Below are positions 52,794 to 60,881 of a stretch of 64,000 nucleotides of DNA, piece by piece (the stretch's first letter is position 1; every line of letters starts with the position of its first letter). The translations under genes and the position numbers were made by a program. This DNA comes from Bordetella parapertussis. GTDB lineage: Bacteria > Pseudomonadota > Gammaproteobacteria > Burkholderiales > SG8-41. The stretch covers positions 17,618-81,617 of the forward strand of contig CAMDRT010000009.1 in assembly GCA_945906815.1 (NCBI GenBank). The letters run 5' to 3'. The notes under the pieces were generated by a model that did not search any database, was not told where the DNA came from, and saw nothing but the letters and a program-made list of their open reading frames with translations.

Positions 52794-53858
52794 ATGATGA
52801 AACTGACTCAGGGCAATTTGCTGGCCGCGCCTACCGAGGCACTGGTGAACACCGTGAACACGGTAGGCATCATGGGGCGCGGCATCGCACTGCAATTCAA
52901 ACAGGCGTATCCGGCGATGTTCCGCGAATACGAGCGCGCGTGCAAGGCAGGCGAGGTAAAGCTCGGCCAGGTGCAGGTGGTCGACCTCGGCGGGCTGGCA
53001 GGCGGGCCGCGCTGGATTCTCAATTTCCCTACCAAGGGGCACTGGCGAGCGGATAGCCGCATGGGGGATATCGAGTCGGGGTTGAAGGATTTGGTGGCAA
53101 CGATTCAGAAGCTGAATATCCGTTCGATTGCGATTCCTCCGTTGGGGTGCGGGAATGGCGGCTTGGATTGGAATGATGTCCGTCCCCGCATTGAAGCAGC
53201 ACTCGCGGCAGTGCCAGATGTGGAGGCGCTGGTTTACGCGCCGGGTGCAGCGCCCGAGGCAGCCGCGATGCCGGTTCGGACGGAGCGTCCCAAGATGACC
53301 ATGGGACAGGCGGCAATGATCATATTGATGGATCGCTATCTGAAAGGGTTGCTCGACCCGTTCATCAGCCTGCTGGAGATTCACAAATTATTGTATTTCT
53401 TGCAGGAAGCAGGACAGCCTTTGCGTCTGAATTTTGAAGCGAAACGTTTTGGTCCGTATGCCACGAACTTGCGACAGGTGCTCATCCGCATGGAGAAGCA
53501 CTACACGCAAGGTTACGGGGACGGGAAAGACAGTCCTACCCAACCGATTGAAGTGTTACCCGGGGCGATGGAGGAGGCAGGTAAGTATCTGGCCGGAGAT
53601 GAAACCATTCGCGCACGAATGAGCCGGGTGGCGACGCTCATAGAAGGTTTCGAAGACGCCTACGGCCTGGAGCTCCTGAGTTCGGTGCATTGGGTGATGC
53701 AAAAGAATCCCGAAGCACGCGCGAATTCCGAAACGGCGGTGGCGGCGGTTCACAAATGGAACGCGCGCAAGCGGCGCACCTTGAAGAAGGAGCATATCCT
53801 CGCCGCGTGGGAGCGGCTCAGAGTGCAGGATTGGAGCGAGTCATTCGCGACCGTGTAA
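52794..53858 (+). CDS. Macrodomain protein resembling antitoxin DarG (DNA ADP-ribosyl glycohydrolase) with C-terminal partner-binding-type domain
   Basis: The N-terminal macrodomain blocks are EALVNTVNTVGIMGRGIALQFK, ILNFPTKGHWR and IPPLGCGNGGLDW. The length (354 aa) is similar to known DarG proteins. The C-terminal half contains EIHKLLYFLQEAGQPLRLNFEAKRFGPY, which resembles the Panacea/DUF4065 antitoxin signature. Confidence 0.7.
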   Translation: MMKLTQGNLLAAPTEALVNTVNTVGIMGRGIALQFKQAYPAMFREYERACKAGEVKLGQVQVVDLGGLAGGPRWILNFPTKGHWRADSRMGDIESGLKDLVATIQKLNIRSIAIPPLGCGNGGLDWNDVRPRIEAALAAVPDVEALVYAPGAAPEAAAMPVRTERPKMTMGQAAMIILMDRYLKGLLDPFISLLEIHKLLYFLQEAGQPLRLNFEAKRFGPYATNLRQVLIRMEKHYTQGYGDGKDSPTQPIEVLPGAMEEAGKYLAGDETIRARMSRVATLIEGFEDAYGLELLSSVHWVMQKNPEARANSETAVAAVHKWNARKRRTLKKEHILAAWERLRVQDWSESFATV

Positions 53859-53880
53859 GCTAAGCGGTAGCACTTCTTCG

Positions 53881-54318
53881 ATGAGCGCCCACGCCTACAC
53901 CGAAGACCAACTCGTCGAGCAGCCCGCCATCGCATTGTTCGCGGAGCTAGGCTGGATCACGGTGTCAGCGTTGGAGGAAACCTTCGGCGCGACCAGCACC
54001 TTGCTGCGCGAGACCAAAGGCGAGGTGGTGTTGGTGGCCCGGTTGCGGGCAGCGTTGGACCGCTTGAATCCCGCGCTGCCGCCGGAGGCCATCACCGCCG
54101 CCGTGGATGAATTGACCCGCGACCGTTCGGCCACGAGTCTGGAAGCGGCGAATCGCGAAGTGTATCTGCTGCTCAAGGAGGGTATCAAGATTTTCGTGCC
54201 CGATCACGAACACGGCGGGCAGAAGACGGAGCGCTTGCGGGTAGTGGATTGGGAGCATCCGGCGAACAATGATTTTCTGCTGCTCAGCCAGTGCTACGTC
54301 ATTGGAGTAATTCACTGA
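53881..54318 (+). pseudogene. Duplicated 5' fragment of hsdR (N-terminal 137 codons, ends before the nuclease motif)
   Basis: Positions 53881-54292 align with 55709-56135 at roughly nine in ten positions by eye, with a net 15-bp length difference from two small indels. The fragment stops before the PD...ELK nuclease motif and lacks all helicase motifs. Confidence 0.75.
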
Positions 54319-55706
54319 TGGAAATTTCGCGGCTACTCACGCTTCCGGAGGGCAAGACGCTCGAATTCAAGCGGAACCTGTCGTCGCCGAAGCCAGTGTT
54401 GCGAACGCTGGTGGCGTTTGCCAATACGGCTGGCGGGATGTTGATCATTGGCAGAGCTGATGATGGTGCGGTTGTCGGGGTGGATGATGTATTGGCTGAA
54501 GAGGAACGGCTGGCCAGCCTGATCGCAGACAGCATTGCGCCTGCCATGATGCCCGAAATCGAGGCCGTCACTGTAGACGGCAAAACGTTGTTGCTGGTGC
54601 GCGTAGCTCACTGGCCGGGGCCGTTTTACCTGAAGGAGAAAGGGCCCGCGGATGGCGTGTATGTGCGGCTGGGTTCCACCAACCGTAAGGCGGACGCGAC
54701 CCTGCTCGTAGAACTGGACCGGGTGCACAGCCATAGCGCTTTTGATCAACTGCCCTGTACTGGCACCTCGCCGGGTGATCTGGACAGGGAGGCGGTGCTA
54801 CGCTGGTTTTCCGACAAGAATCGCAACATGGATGCAGCAGCACTGGAATCGCTGGGTATTCTGGCACGCCATGGCAGCGGACGCATGGTCTCCAATGGCG
54901 GCTTAATCCTGTTCGGCAAGGCCGACGTCCGTCAGCGCTGCTTTCCGGATGCCCGCCTTTCCTGCGCGCGCTTTCGCGGCAGCGACAAGAGTGCGTTTAT
55001 AGACCGGCAGGAAATGGAAAGTCTGCTGGATGCAATGACCGAAGTGCCAAAGTTCATTGCCCGTAACACGCGGTTGGCATCGCGCATCGCAGGCATGCAA
55101 CGGCAGGACATCCCTGAATACCCAGCTATTGCTATTCGCGAGGTGCTGGTCAATGCCTTGGCCCATGCCGATTATGCGTGTACCGGTATGCGCATTTTCG
55201 TTTCGATTTTTTCTGATCGGCTAGAAATTCAAAGCCCTGGGATGTTTCCTTTCGGCATGACCCTGGATGATTTCAGGGCGGGTGTAAGCCGAATCAGAAA
55301 TCGCGTGATCTGCCGCGTATTGCATGAGGCGGGACTGATGGAGCAGTGGGGCAGCGGATACCAACGGGTCGTGAACACCTGTATCAGTCAAAACTACCCT
55401 GAACCGGAATGGCAGGAGTTAGGGGCGTGTGTGCGGGTGATATTCCGTCCGCATCCTGATGTCCCTGTAAATGAGCCTGTAAATGAGCCTGTAAATGAGC
55501 CTGTAAATGAGCGGCAACGCTGGTTTATGGCGCAGCTCCAACGCGGTGGGCAGGTCAAAGCTGAAGCTATCGTGAGTCAGTGGAAGGTCAGTCTGGCGAC
55601 AGCCAAACGAGACATTGCATTGCTGCGGAAAAAAGAGTTGGTCGAGTTCGCTGGGGCTGCCAAAACGGGCAGCTATCGATTGAAAACGCCAGGAAATATT
55701 CGCTAG
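54318..55706 (+). CDS. AlbA_2/Schlafen-type divergent AAA domain protein with HATPase_c_4-like region and C-terminal wHTH
   Basis: The ATG overlaps the stop of the hsdR stub. The N-terminus EGKTLEFKRNLSSPKPVLRTLVAFANTAGGMLIIG is the AlbA_2 signature. The mid-region has IREVLVNALAHADY and GSGYQRV, and a C-terminal HTH-like tail follows. Confidence 0.8.
   Translation: MEISRLLTLPEGKTLEFKRNLSSPKPVLRTLVAFANTAGGMLIIGRADDGAVVGVDDVLAEEERLASLIADSIAPAMMPEIEAVTVDGKTLLLVRVAHWPGPFYLKEKGPADGVYVRLGSTNRKADATLLVELDRVHSHSAFDQLPCTGTSPGDLDREAVLRWFSDKNRNMDAAALESLGILARHGSGRMVSNGGLILFGKADVRQRCFPDARLSCARFRGSDKSAFIDRQEMESLLDAMTEVPKFIARNTRLASRIAGMQRQDIPEYPAIAIREVLVNALAHADYACTGMRIFVSIFSDRLEIQSPGMFPFGMTLDDFRAGVSRIRNRVICRVLHEAGLMEQWGSGYQRVVNTCISQNYPEPEWQELGACVRVIFRPHPDVPVNEPVNEPVNEPVNERQRWFMAQLQRGGQVKAEAIVSQWKVSLATAKRDIALLRKKELVEFAGAAKTGSYRLKTPGNIR
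55464..55511 (+). repeat. Perfect 12-bp tandem repeat x4 (cctgtaaatgag) encoding (VNEP)4
   Basis: Read directly from the sequence. It lies in the linker between the ATPase-like region and the wHTH tail. Confidence 0.95.
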
Positions 55707-55708
55707 CC

Positions 55709-58700
55709 ATGCCCCACGCCTACACCGAAGACCAACTCGTAGAGCAGCCCGCCATCGCGCTGTTCGCGGAGCTGGGCTGGACCACGGTGTCGGCATTGGA
55801 GGAAACCTTCGGCGCGACCGGCACCCTGCTGCGCGAGACCAAGGGCGAGGTGGTGCTGGTGGGCCGGTTGCGCGCGGCGTTGGAGCGCATGAATCCCGCG
55901 CTGCCGCCGGAGGCCATCACCACCGCCGTGGATGAATTGACCCGAGACCGTTCGGCCATGAGCCTGGAAGCGGCGAATCGCGAGGTGTATCTGCTGCTCA
56001 AGGAGGGCATCAAGGTATCGGTGCCTGAAAACGAACCCGATGGGTTGCGCGGGCGCGGCGGGCAGAAGACAGAGCGCTTGCGGGTGATGGATTGGGCGCA
56101 TCCGGCGAACAATGATTTTCTGCTGGTCAGCCAGTTCAGCGTCACCGGCGCGCTCTACACCTGCCGGCCGGATTTGGTGTGCTTCGTCAACGGCCTGCCG
56201 CTGGTGGTCATCGAGTTGAAAAAGCCCGGCGTACCCGCGCGCGCGGCGTTCGACGAAAACCTGACGCACTACAAGCAGCAAGTGCCGGCGCTGTTCTGGT
56301 ACAACGCGCTGCTCATCGCCTCGAATGGCACCGATAGCCGCGTCGGCTCGCTGACGGCGGATTGGGAACGGTTCTTCGAGTGGAAGCGCATCGAGCGCGA
56401 GGACGAGCCGCGCCGCGTGTCGCTGGAGGTGATGTTACGCGGCACCTGCGACCGCACACGGCTGCTCGACCTGCTGGAAAACTTCACCCTGTTCTCGGAG
56501 CACAAGTCCGGGCTGGTGAAGATCATCGGGCAGAATCACCAGTTCCTCGGCGTGAACAACGCCATCGCCTCGATGCTCGCCGCGCGCACGCTGGGCCACG
56601 GTCGCGGCGGCGTGTACTGGCAGACGCAGGGCAGCGGCAAGAGTTTCTCGATGGTGTTCTTCGCGCAGAAGGTGCTGCGTAAGGTGGCAGGCAACTGGAC
56701 GTTCGTGGTGGTGACCGACCGCGTGGAACTGGACGAGCAGATTGCGAAGACGTTCAAGGCCGCCGGCGCGGTAAGCGAAACCGAAGGCGAGCAGTGCCAC
56801 GCCGCCAGCGGCGCGCACCTGCGCGAACTGTTGCGCGGCAATCATCGCTACGTGTTCACGCTCATACATAAGTTCCAGACGCCGGAGATGCTGTGCGACC
56901 GGCCCGATGTGATGGTGCTCACGGACGAAGCGCATCGCAGCCAATACGACACGCTGGCGCTGAACATGCGAGCGGCGCTGCCAAAGGCGCTGTTCCTCGC
57001 TTTCACCGGCACGCCACTCATCGCCGGCGAGGAACGCACGAAAGCGCTTTTCGGCGATTACGTTTCCATCTACGATTTCCAGCAATCGGTCGAGGATGGC
57101 GCGACCGTGCGGCTGTTCTACGAGAATCGCACGCCGGAGTTGCAGCTCGTCAACCCGGACCTGAACGAGGACATCTACAACCTGATTGAGGCGGCGGAAC
57201 TCGACCCCGAACAGGAAACAAAGCTCGAACGGGAGTTGAGCCGGCAATACCACATCCTCACCCGCGATGACCGGCTGGAAACCGTGGCGCAGGACATCGT
57301 GCGGCATTTCCTCGGGCGTGGTTTCATGGGCAAGGCGATGGTGGTATCCATCGACAAGGCCACCGCGCTCAAGATGCACAACAAGGTGCGCAGGCACTGG
57401 GCTGCAGAACGGGCGCGGGTAGAGAGGGAACTGGGGCGCGACGACCTCGCGGCGGAGCAGCAAGTTGAGCTATTCAAACATCTGGCCGTAATCCAGACAA
57501 CCGACATGGCGCTGATCGTCTCGCCCGGCCAGAACGAGATTCAGCACATGCAGGCGCGCGACCTCGACATCGTGCCGCACCGCAAGCGCATGAACGAATC
57601 GAACCCGTCGCTGGACGAAAAGTTCAAAGACCCTGACGACCCGCTGCGGCTGGTGTTTCTGTGCGCCATGTGGCTGACCGGTTTCGATGCGCCCAGCTGT
57701 TCCACGGTGTATCTCGACAAACCGATGCGCAATCACACGCTGATGCAGACCATTGCGCGAGCGAACCGCGTGTTCCCCGGCAAGCACAGCGGCGTGATTG
57801 TGGATTATGCGAACGTGTTCGTGTCACTGGAGAAAGCCCTTGCCATCTATGGCGCCGGCAAAGACGGCAAGACGCCAGTGCGCGACAAAAAGCAGCTCGT
57901 TGAAGACCTGCGGCGCTCTGTGGCAGAGGCCACTGCGTTCTGTACTAAGCACGGCGTGGAATTGCCCGCCATTGAGCAACTGGCTGCCGGGGGTATGGAG
58001 AAGCTGGCCCGGATAGACGACGCGGTCAATGCGCTGATCTCGCCCGACCCGCTGCGCAGGGAATTCCTCGCGCATGAGCGTATTGTGAAAACGCTTTATG
58101 ACGCGGTGAAGCCGGACCCTGCCGCGCTGGAGTTCGCACCCCGCATCGGTTGCCTTGCTGCCATCGCCGGCGCCATCCGCGCCAAAATCAATCCCGGCAG
58201 CCCGGACATCTCCGGGGTCATGGGCCAGATCAATTCACTACTCGACGCCTCGATTGAAGGCGTCACGATGTCTGACAAGGCAGTGCCGGCGCTGGATCTT
58301 TCAAAGATCGATTTCGAAAAGCTTGCCGCTCATTTTAAGGCGACCCGGCACAAGAATATTGAACTGGAATCGCTCAAAGCGGCGGTGCGCGCGATGCTTG
58401 AGCGCCTGATCCATTTGAACAAAACGCGCGCCGATTTTCAGGAAAGGTTCGAGGAACTGATCGACGCCTACAACGCCGGCAGCAAGAATATCGATGATCT
58501 GTTCGCTGAATTGTTGGTACTTAGCCGTGCCTTGACTGAAGAGCAGACACGCCACGTACGCGAGAACCTGACCGAGGAGGAATTGACCATTTTGGACATC
58601 CTTACCCGGCCTGCACCGGCGTTGAACAGTGGGGAGCGCGATGAAGTGAAGAAAGTCGCGCGTGAACTGCTTGCGCGCCTTAAAGAACTGCTGGTGCTGA

Positions 58701-58882
58701 ACTGGCGTGGAAAGGCGTCGGCACGCTCGCAAGTCAAGCTCGCGATCGAAGACATCCTCGACAGCGGATTGCCGCGTGTCTACACCCCCGACCTCTATCA
58801 GCAGAAATGCTCGGCGCTATTCGAGCATGTCTATGAGAGCTATGCCGAGCGCAATCAGGGTGTATACGCGGCAACGGCGTGA
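55709..58882 (+). CDS. hsdR: Type I restriction enzyme R subunit HsdR
   Basis: It has the nuclease motif RPDLVCFVNGLPLVVIELKK, helicase motif I TQGSGKS, DEAH box LTDEAHRSQ and motif VI QTIARANR. The C-terminal domain matches type IC/ID-like HsdR length (1057 aa). Confidence 0.95.
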   Translation: MPHAYTEDQLVEQPAIALFAELGWTTVSALEETFGATGTLLRETKGEVVLVGRLRAALERMNPALPPEAITTAVDELTRDRSAMSLEAANREVYLLLKEGIKVSVPENEPDGLRGRGGQKTERLRVMDWAHPANNDFLLVSQFSVTGALYTCRPDLVCFVNGLPLVVIELKKPGVPARAAFDENLTHYKQQVPALFWYNALLIASNGTDSRVGSLTADWERFFEWKRIEREDEPRRVSLEVMLRGTCDRTRLLDLLENFTLFSEHKSGLVKIIGQNHQFLGVNNAIASMLAARTLGHGRGGVYWQTQGSGKSFSMVFFAQKVLRKVAGNWTFVVVTDRVELDEQIAKTFKAAGAVSETEGEQCHAASGAHLRELLRGNHRYVFTLIHKFQTPEMLCDRPDVMVLTDEAHRSQYDTLALNMRAALPKALFLAFTGTPLIAGEERTKALFGDYVSIYDFQQSVEDGATVRLFYENRTPELQLVNPDLNEDIYNLIEAAELDPEQETKLERELSRQYHILTRDDRLETVAQDIVRHFLGRGFMGKAMVVSIDKATALKMHNKVRRHWAAERARVERELGRDDLAAEQQVELFKHLAVIQTTDMALIVSPGQNEIQHMQARDLDIVPHRKRMNESNPSLDEKFKDPDDPLRLVFLCAMWLTGFDAPSCSTVYLDKPMRNHTLMQTIARANRVFPGKHSGVIVDYANVFVSLEKALAIYGAGKDGKTPVRDKKQLVEDLRRSVAEATAFCTKHGVELPAIEQLAAGGMEKLARIDDAVNALISPDPLRREFLAHERIVKTLYDAVKPDPAALEFAPRIGCLAAIAGAIRAKINPGSPDISGVMGQINSLLDASIEGVTMSDKAVPALDLSKIDFEKLAAHFKATRHKNIELESLKAAVRAMLERLIHLNKTRADFQERFEELIDAYNAGSKNIDDLFAELLVLSRALTEEQTRHVRENLTEEELTILDILTRPAPALNSGERDEVKKVARELLARLKELLVLNWRGKASARSQVKLAIEDILDSGLPRVYTPDLYQQKCSALFEHVYESYAERNQGVYAATA

Positions 58883-59110
58883 TAGGGATAGTTCGCCTTC
58901 TCAGCGCTCCGGTACAATCGGCTACGGCGCTGTGGCACACTCCGACGCGGACTTGCACCGTGCTGATTTGGTGCCATCACGGGCGCACGATTCTGGCTGC
59001 CGCCAGGGCGCCCTTCGGGCATCCATTGACCTGCTCTGCGGCGCCATTGCCGTGGATTTTAAATTCCGAAATAATTCCGTAATATCAAATACTTACAATG
59101 AGGCTTCGCC

Positions 59111-59392
59111 ATGGCAAGAACTGTGAAATGTATCAAGTTGGGACGCGAGGCCGAGGGCCTGGATTTTCTCCCGTATCCGGGCGAGCTGGGCAAACGGATT
59201 TTCGACAACGTGTCGAAAGAGGCGTGGAAGCAGTGGCTCGAACAACAAAAGATGCTGGTTAACGAAAACCGCCTTAGTCTCGCCGATAAAAAAGCGCGCG
59301 ATTATCTGGCGCAGCAAATGGATAAGCATTTCTTTGGCGGCGGTGCGGATGCCGCGGCCGGATACGTGGCACCGGACAAAAAATCCAGTTAA
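59111..59392 (+). CDS. yggX: Fe(2+)-trafficking / oxidative-damage protection protein YggX
   Basis: The sequence [42 protein letters not shown] is a near-canonical YggX N-terminus. Confidence 0.85.
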   Translation: MARTVKCIKLGREAEGLDFLPYPGELGKRIFDNVSKEAWKQWLEQQKMLVNENRLSLADKKARDYLAQQMDKHFFGGGADAAAGYVAPDKKSS

Positions 59393-59408
59393 AAGCCATA
59401 TCAAAAGC

Positions 59409-59858
59409 ATGGACTTACTGTTATGGCGTCATGCCGACGCAGGCGCGGGATTTCCGGATCACGAACGCGCGCTGACTGACACCGGCAGGCTGCAGGCCCA
59501 ACGCATGGCGGCGTGGCTGAACGCGCGTCTGCCGCTGGATACGCTGGTGCTGGTGAGTCCGGCGCTGCGCGCGCAACAAACCGCCAGCGCGCTGCAACGC
59601 GAGTTCACCACTTGCGCTGCGCTTGATACCTCCACCGATTGCGCGAGCCTGCTCCAAGCACTCGGCCCGCGCCAGCAGCTAGGCACTACCCTCATCGTCG
59701 GTCATCAACCCACGCTAGGCCGTGTGGCGTCGCTGCTGTTAAGCGGCGCCGAAGCTGAACTCAGCGTAAAAAACGCCGCGGTGTGGTGGCTCACGCTGGG
59801 CCGCGAGAGCAATACGCAGGCGGTGCTGCGCGCGGTGATGACGCCGGAGCTGCTCTGA
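59409..59858 (+). CDS. sixA: Phosphohistidine phosphatase SixA
   Basis: It has the histidine-phosphatase RH motif LLLWRHADAG and a downstream GHQP block. It is about 150 aa long. Confidence 0.8.
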   Translation: MDLLLWRHADAGAGFPDHERALTDTGRLQAQRMAAWLNARLPLDTLVLVSPALRAQQTASALQREFTTCAALDTSTDCASLLQALGPRQQLGTTLIVGHQPTLGRVASLLLSGAEAELSVKNAAVWWLTLGRESNTQAVLRAVMTPELL

Positions 59859-59895
59859 GGTTTCAGGTTTGTTGCGTGGCATAGCCGCAGCACGC

Positions 59896-59977
59896 GTAGG
59901 TTGGGCTGGTAAGCCCAACAGCTGCCGTGTGACGCGTGCGAAAACGTTGGGCTTCGCTACGCTCAGCGCCAACCTAC
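59896..59977. repeat. REP-like palindromic element
   Basis: Outer arms gtaggttgggc...gcgccaacctac enclose an inner hairpin ttgggctggtaagcccaa. This is the typical gttgggcttcgctacgctcagc-type REP sequence. Confidence 0.6.
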
Positions 59978-59984
59978 TGTAGGG

Positions 59985-60881
59985 TCACGTTTTTTCTACC
60001 ATCGCGTCCCACGCCGGCAGCGCCCGTGCTTCAAACGGCAAATCCCACGCCGCGCAATTATTACGATCGACTATCTCTACCGGCAGCATAATTTCGCGCG
60101 GCACGGTTTCGCCCTTGAGATAACGCACCGCTGCTTCGGTGGCGAGGCATGCCATTTTCATCGCGTCGAAACTCGCCGTCGCCAGCAGCTTGCCGGATTT
60201 GATGGCGGTAATGGCGTCGGGCACGGCATTGACCCCCACCACCGGCACCAACGGTTTGCCGGCAGCGGCAAACGCAGCGATGGCGCCCAGCGCCATGGCG
60301 TCATTGGCGGCCAGGATGGCATCAAACGCGACGCCGCTGGCCAGCACGTGCGCCATTTCGCGGTGTGCGGCACTTTGCAAGAACTCGCCCGGCACATCGG
60401 CCACGCGCGTGATACGCGGGTGTGCGGCAAAGGCTGCGGCGAACCCGGTCATGCGGTCGCGCCCGGATAGCGAGCCGTGCGTGCCTGCCAGCACCAGCAC
60501 GCGGCCTTGCTGTTTTATATTTAAAAACAAATAGCTGGCAATATTCTTCGCCAGCGCGACATCGTCCGACCCGGTGTGGCTTACCCACTGCCCGCCCAGC
60601 AGACGGTTCACAAACGAAAACACCGGGATGCCCGCGGCGTTGAGCTTGGCTATCGACGGCATCATCGCTTCCGCATCGGTGGCGACGAACAGCACAGCGT
60701 CAGGCCGCGCCGAGATGGCCTCATCCACCAGCGCCTGCTGTTCACCCGCGTGATCGGGCACCACCGGCACATACTGCGTGACACGCGCGCCCAGACGCGC
60801 GGCCACGCGTTCCGCGCCCAGGCGTGCGGCGGTATACGCCGGGTTTTCGCGGTTCTTGGTAAACATAGCCAACGTTTTCAT
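59985..60881 (-). CDS. Type I periplasmic-binding-protein-fold (ribose/LacI-ligand-domain-like) protein without signal peptide or HTH
   Basis: The start is set at MKTLAMFTKNRENPAY, overlapping the upstream gene stop (ATGA). PBP1 blocks are PDAVLFVATD, GIPVFSFV and FDAILAANDAMALGA. There is no hydrophobic N-terminus. Confidence 0.7.
   Translation of the reverse strand: MKTLAMFTKNRENPAYTAARLGAERVAARLGARVTQYVPVVPDHAGEQQALVDEAISARPDAVLFVATDAEAMMPSIAKLNAAGIPVFSFVNRLLGGQWVSHTGSDDVALAKNIASYLFLNIKQQGRVLVLAGTHGSLSGRDRMTGFAAAFAAHPRITRVADVPGEFLQSAAHREMAHVLASGVAFDAILAANDAMALGAIAAFAAAGKPLVPVVGVNAVPDAITAIKSGKLLATASFDAMKMACLATEAAVRYLKGETVPREIMLPVEIVDRNNCAAWDLPFEARALPAWDAMVEKT

Noticed and set aside
52680-53384. 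234-aa minus-strand ORF antisense to the DarG-like gene, considered as a possible hidden toxin partner
   Set aside because: It has no recognisable motifs and the Arg/His/Gln-rich composition typical of antisense frames in GC-rich DNA. It fully overlaps a well-supported forward gene.
55464-55511. Tandem repeats (12-bp x4 here, and the heptamer arrays at 42065-42096, 18154-18180 and 32596-32624) considered as CRISPR arrays
   Set aside because: The repeat periods are 7-12 bp with no spacers, most tracts lie inside coding sequence, and there are no cas genes. They are not CRISPR.
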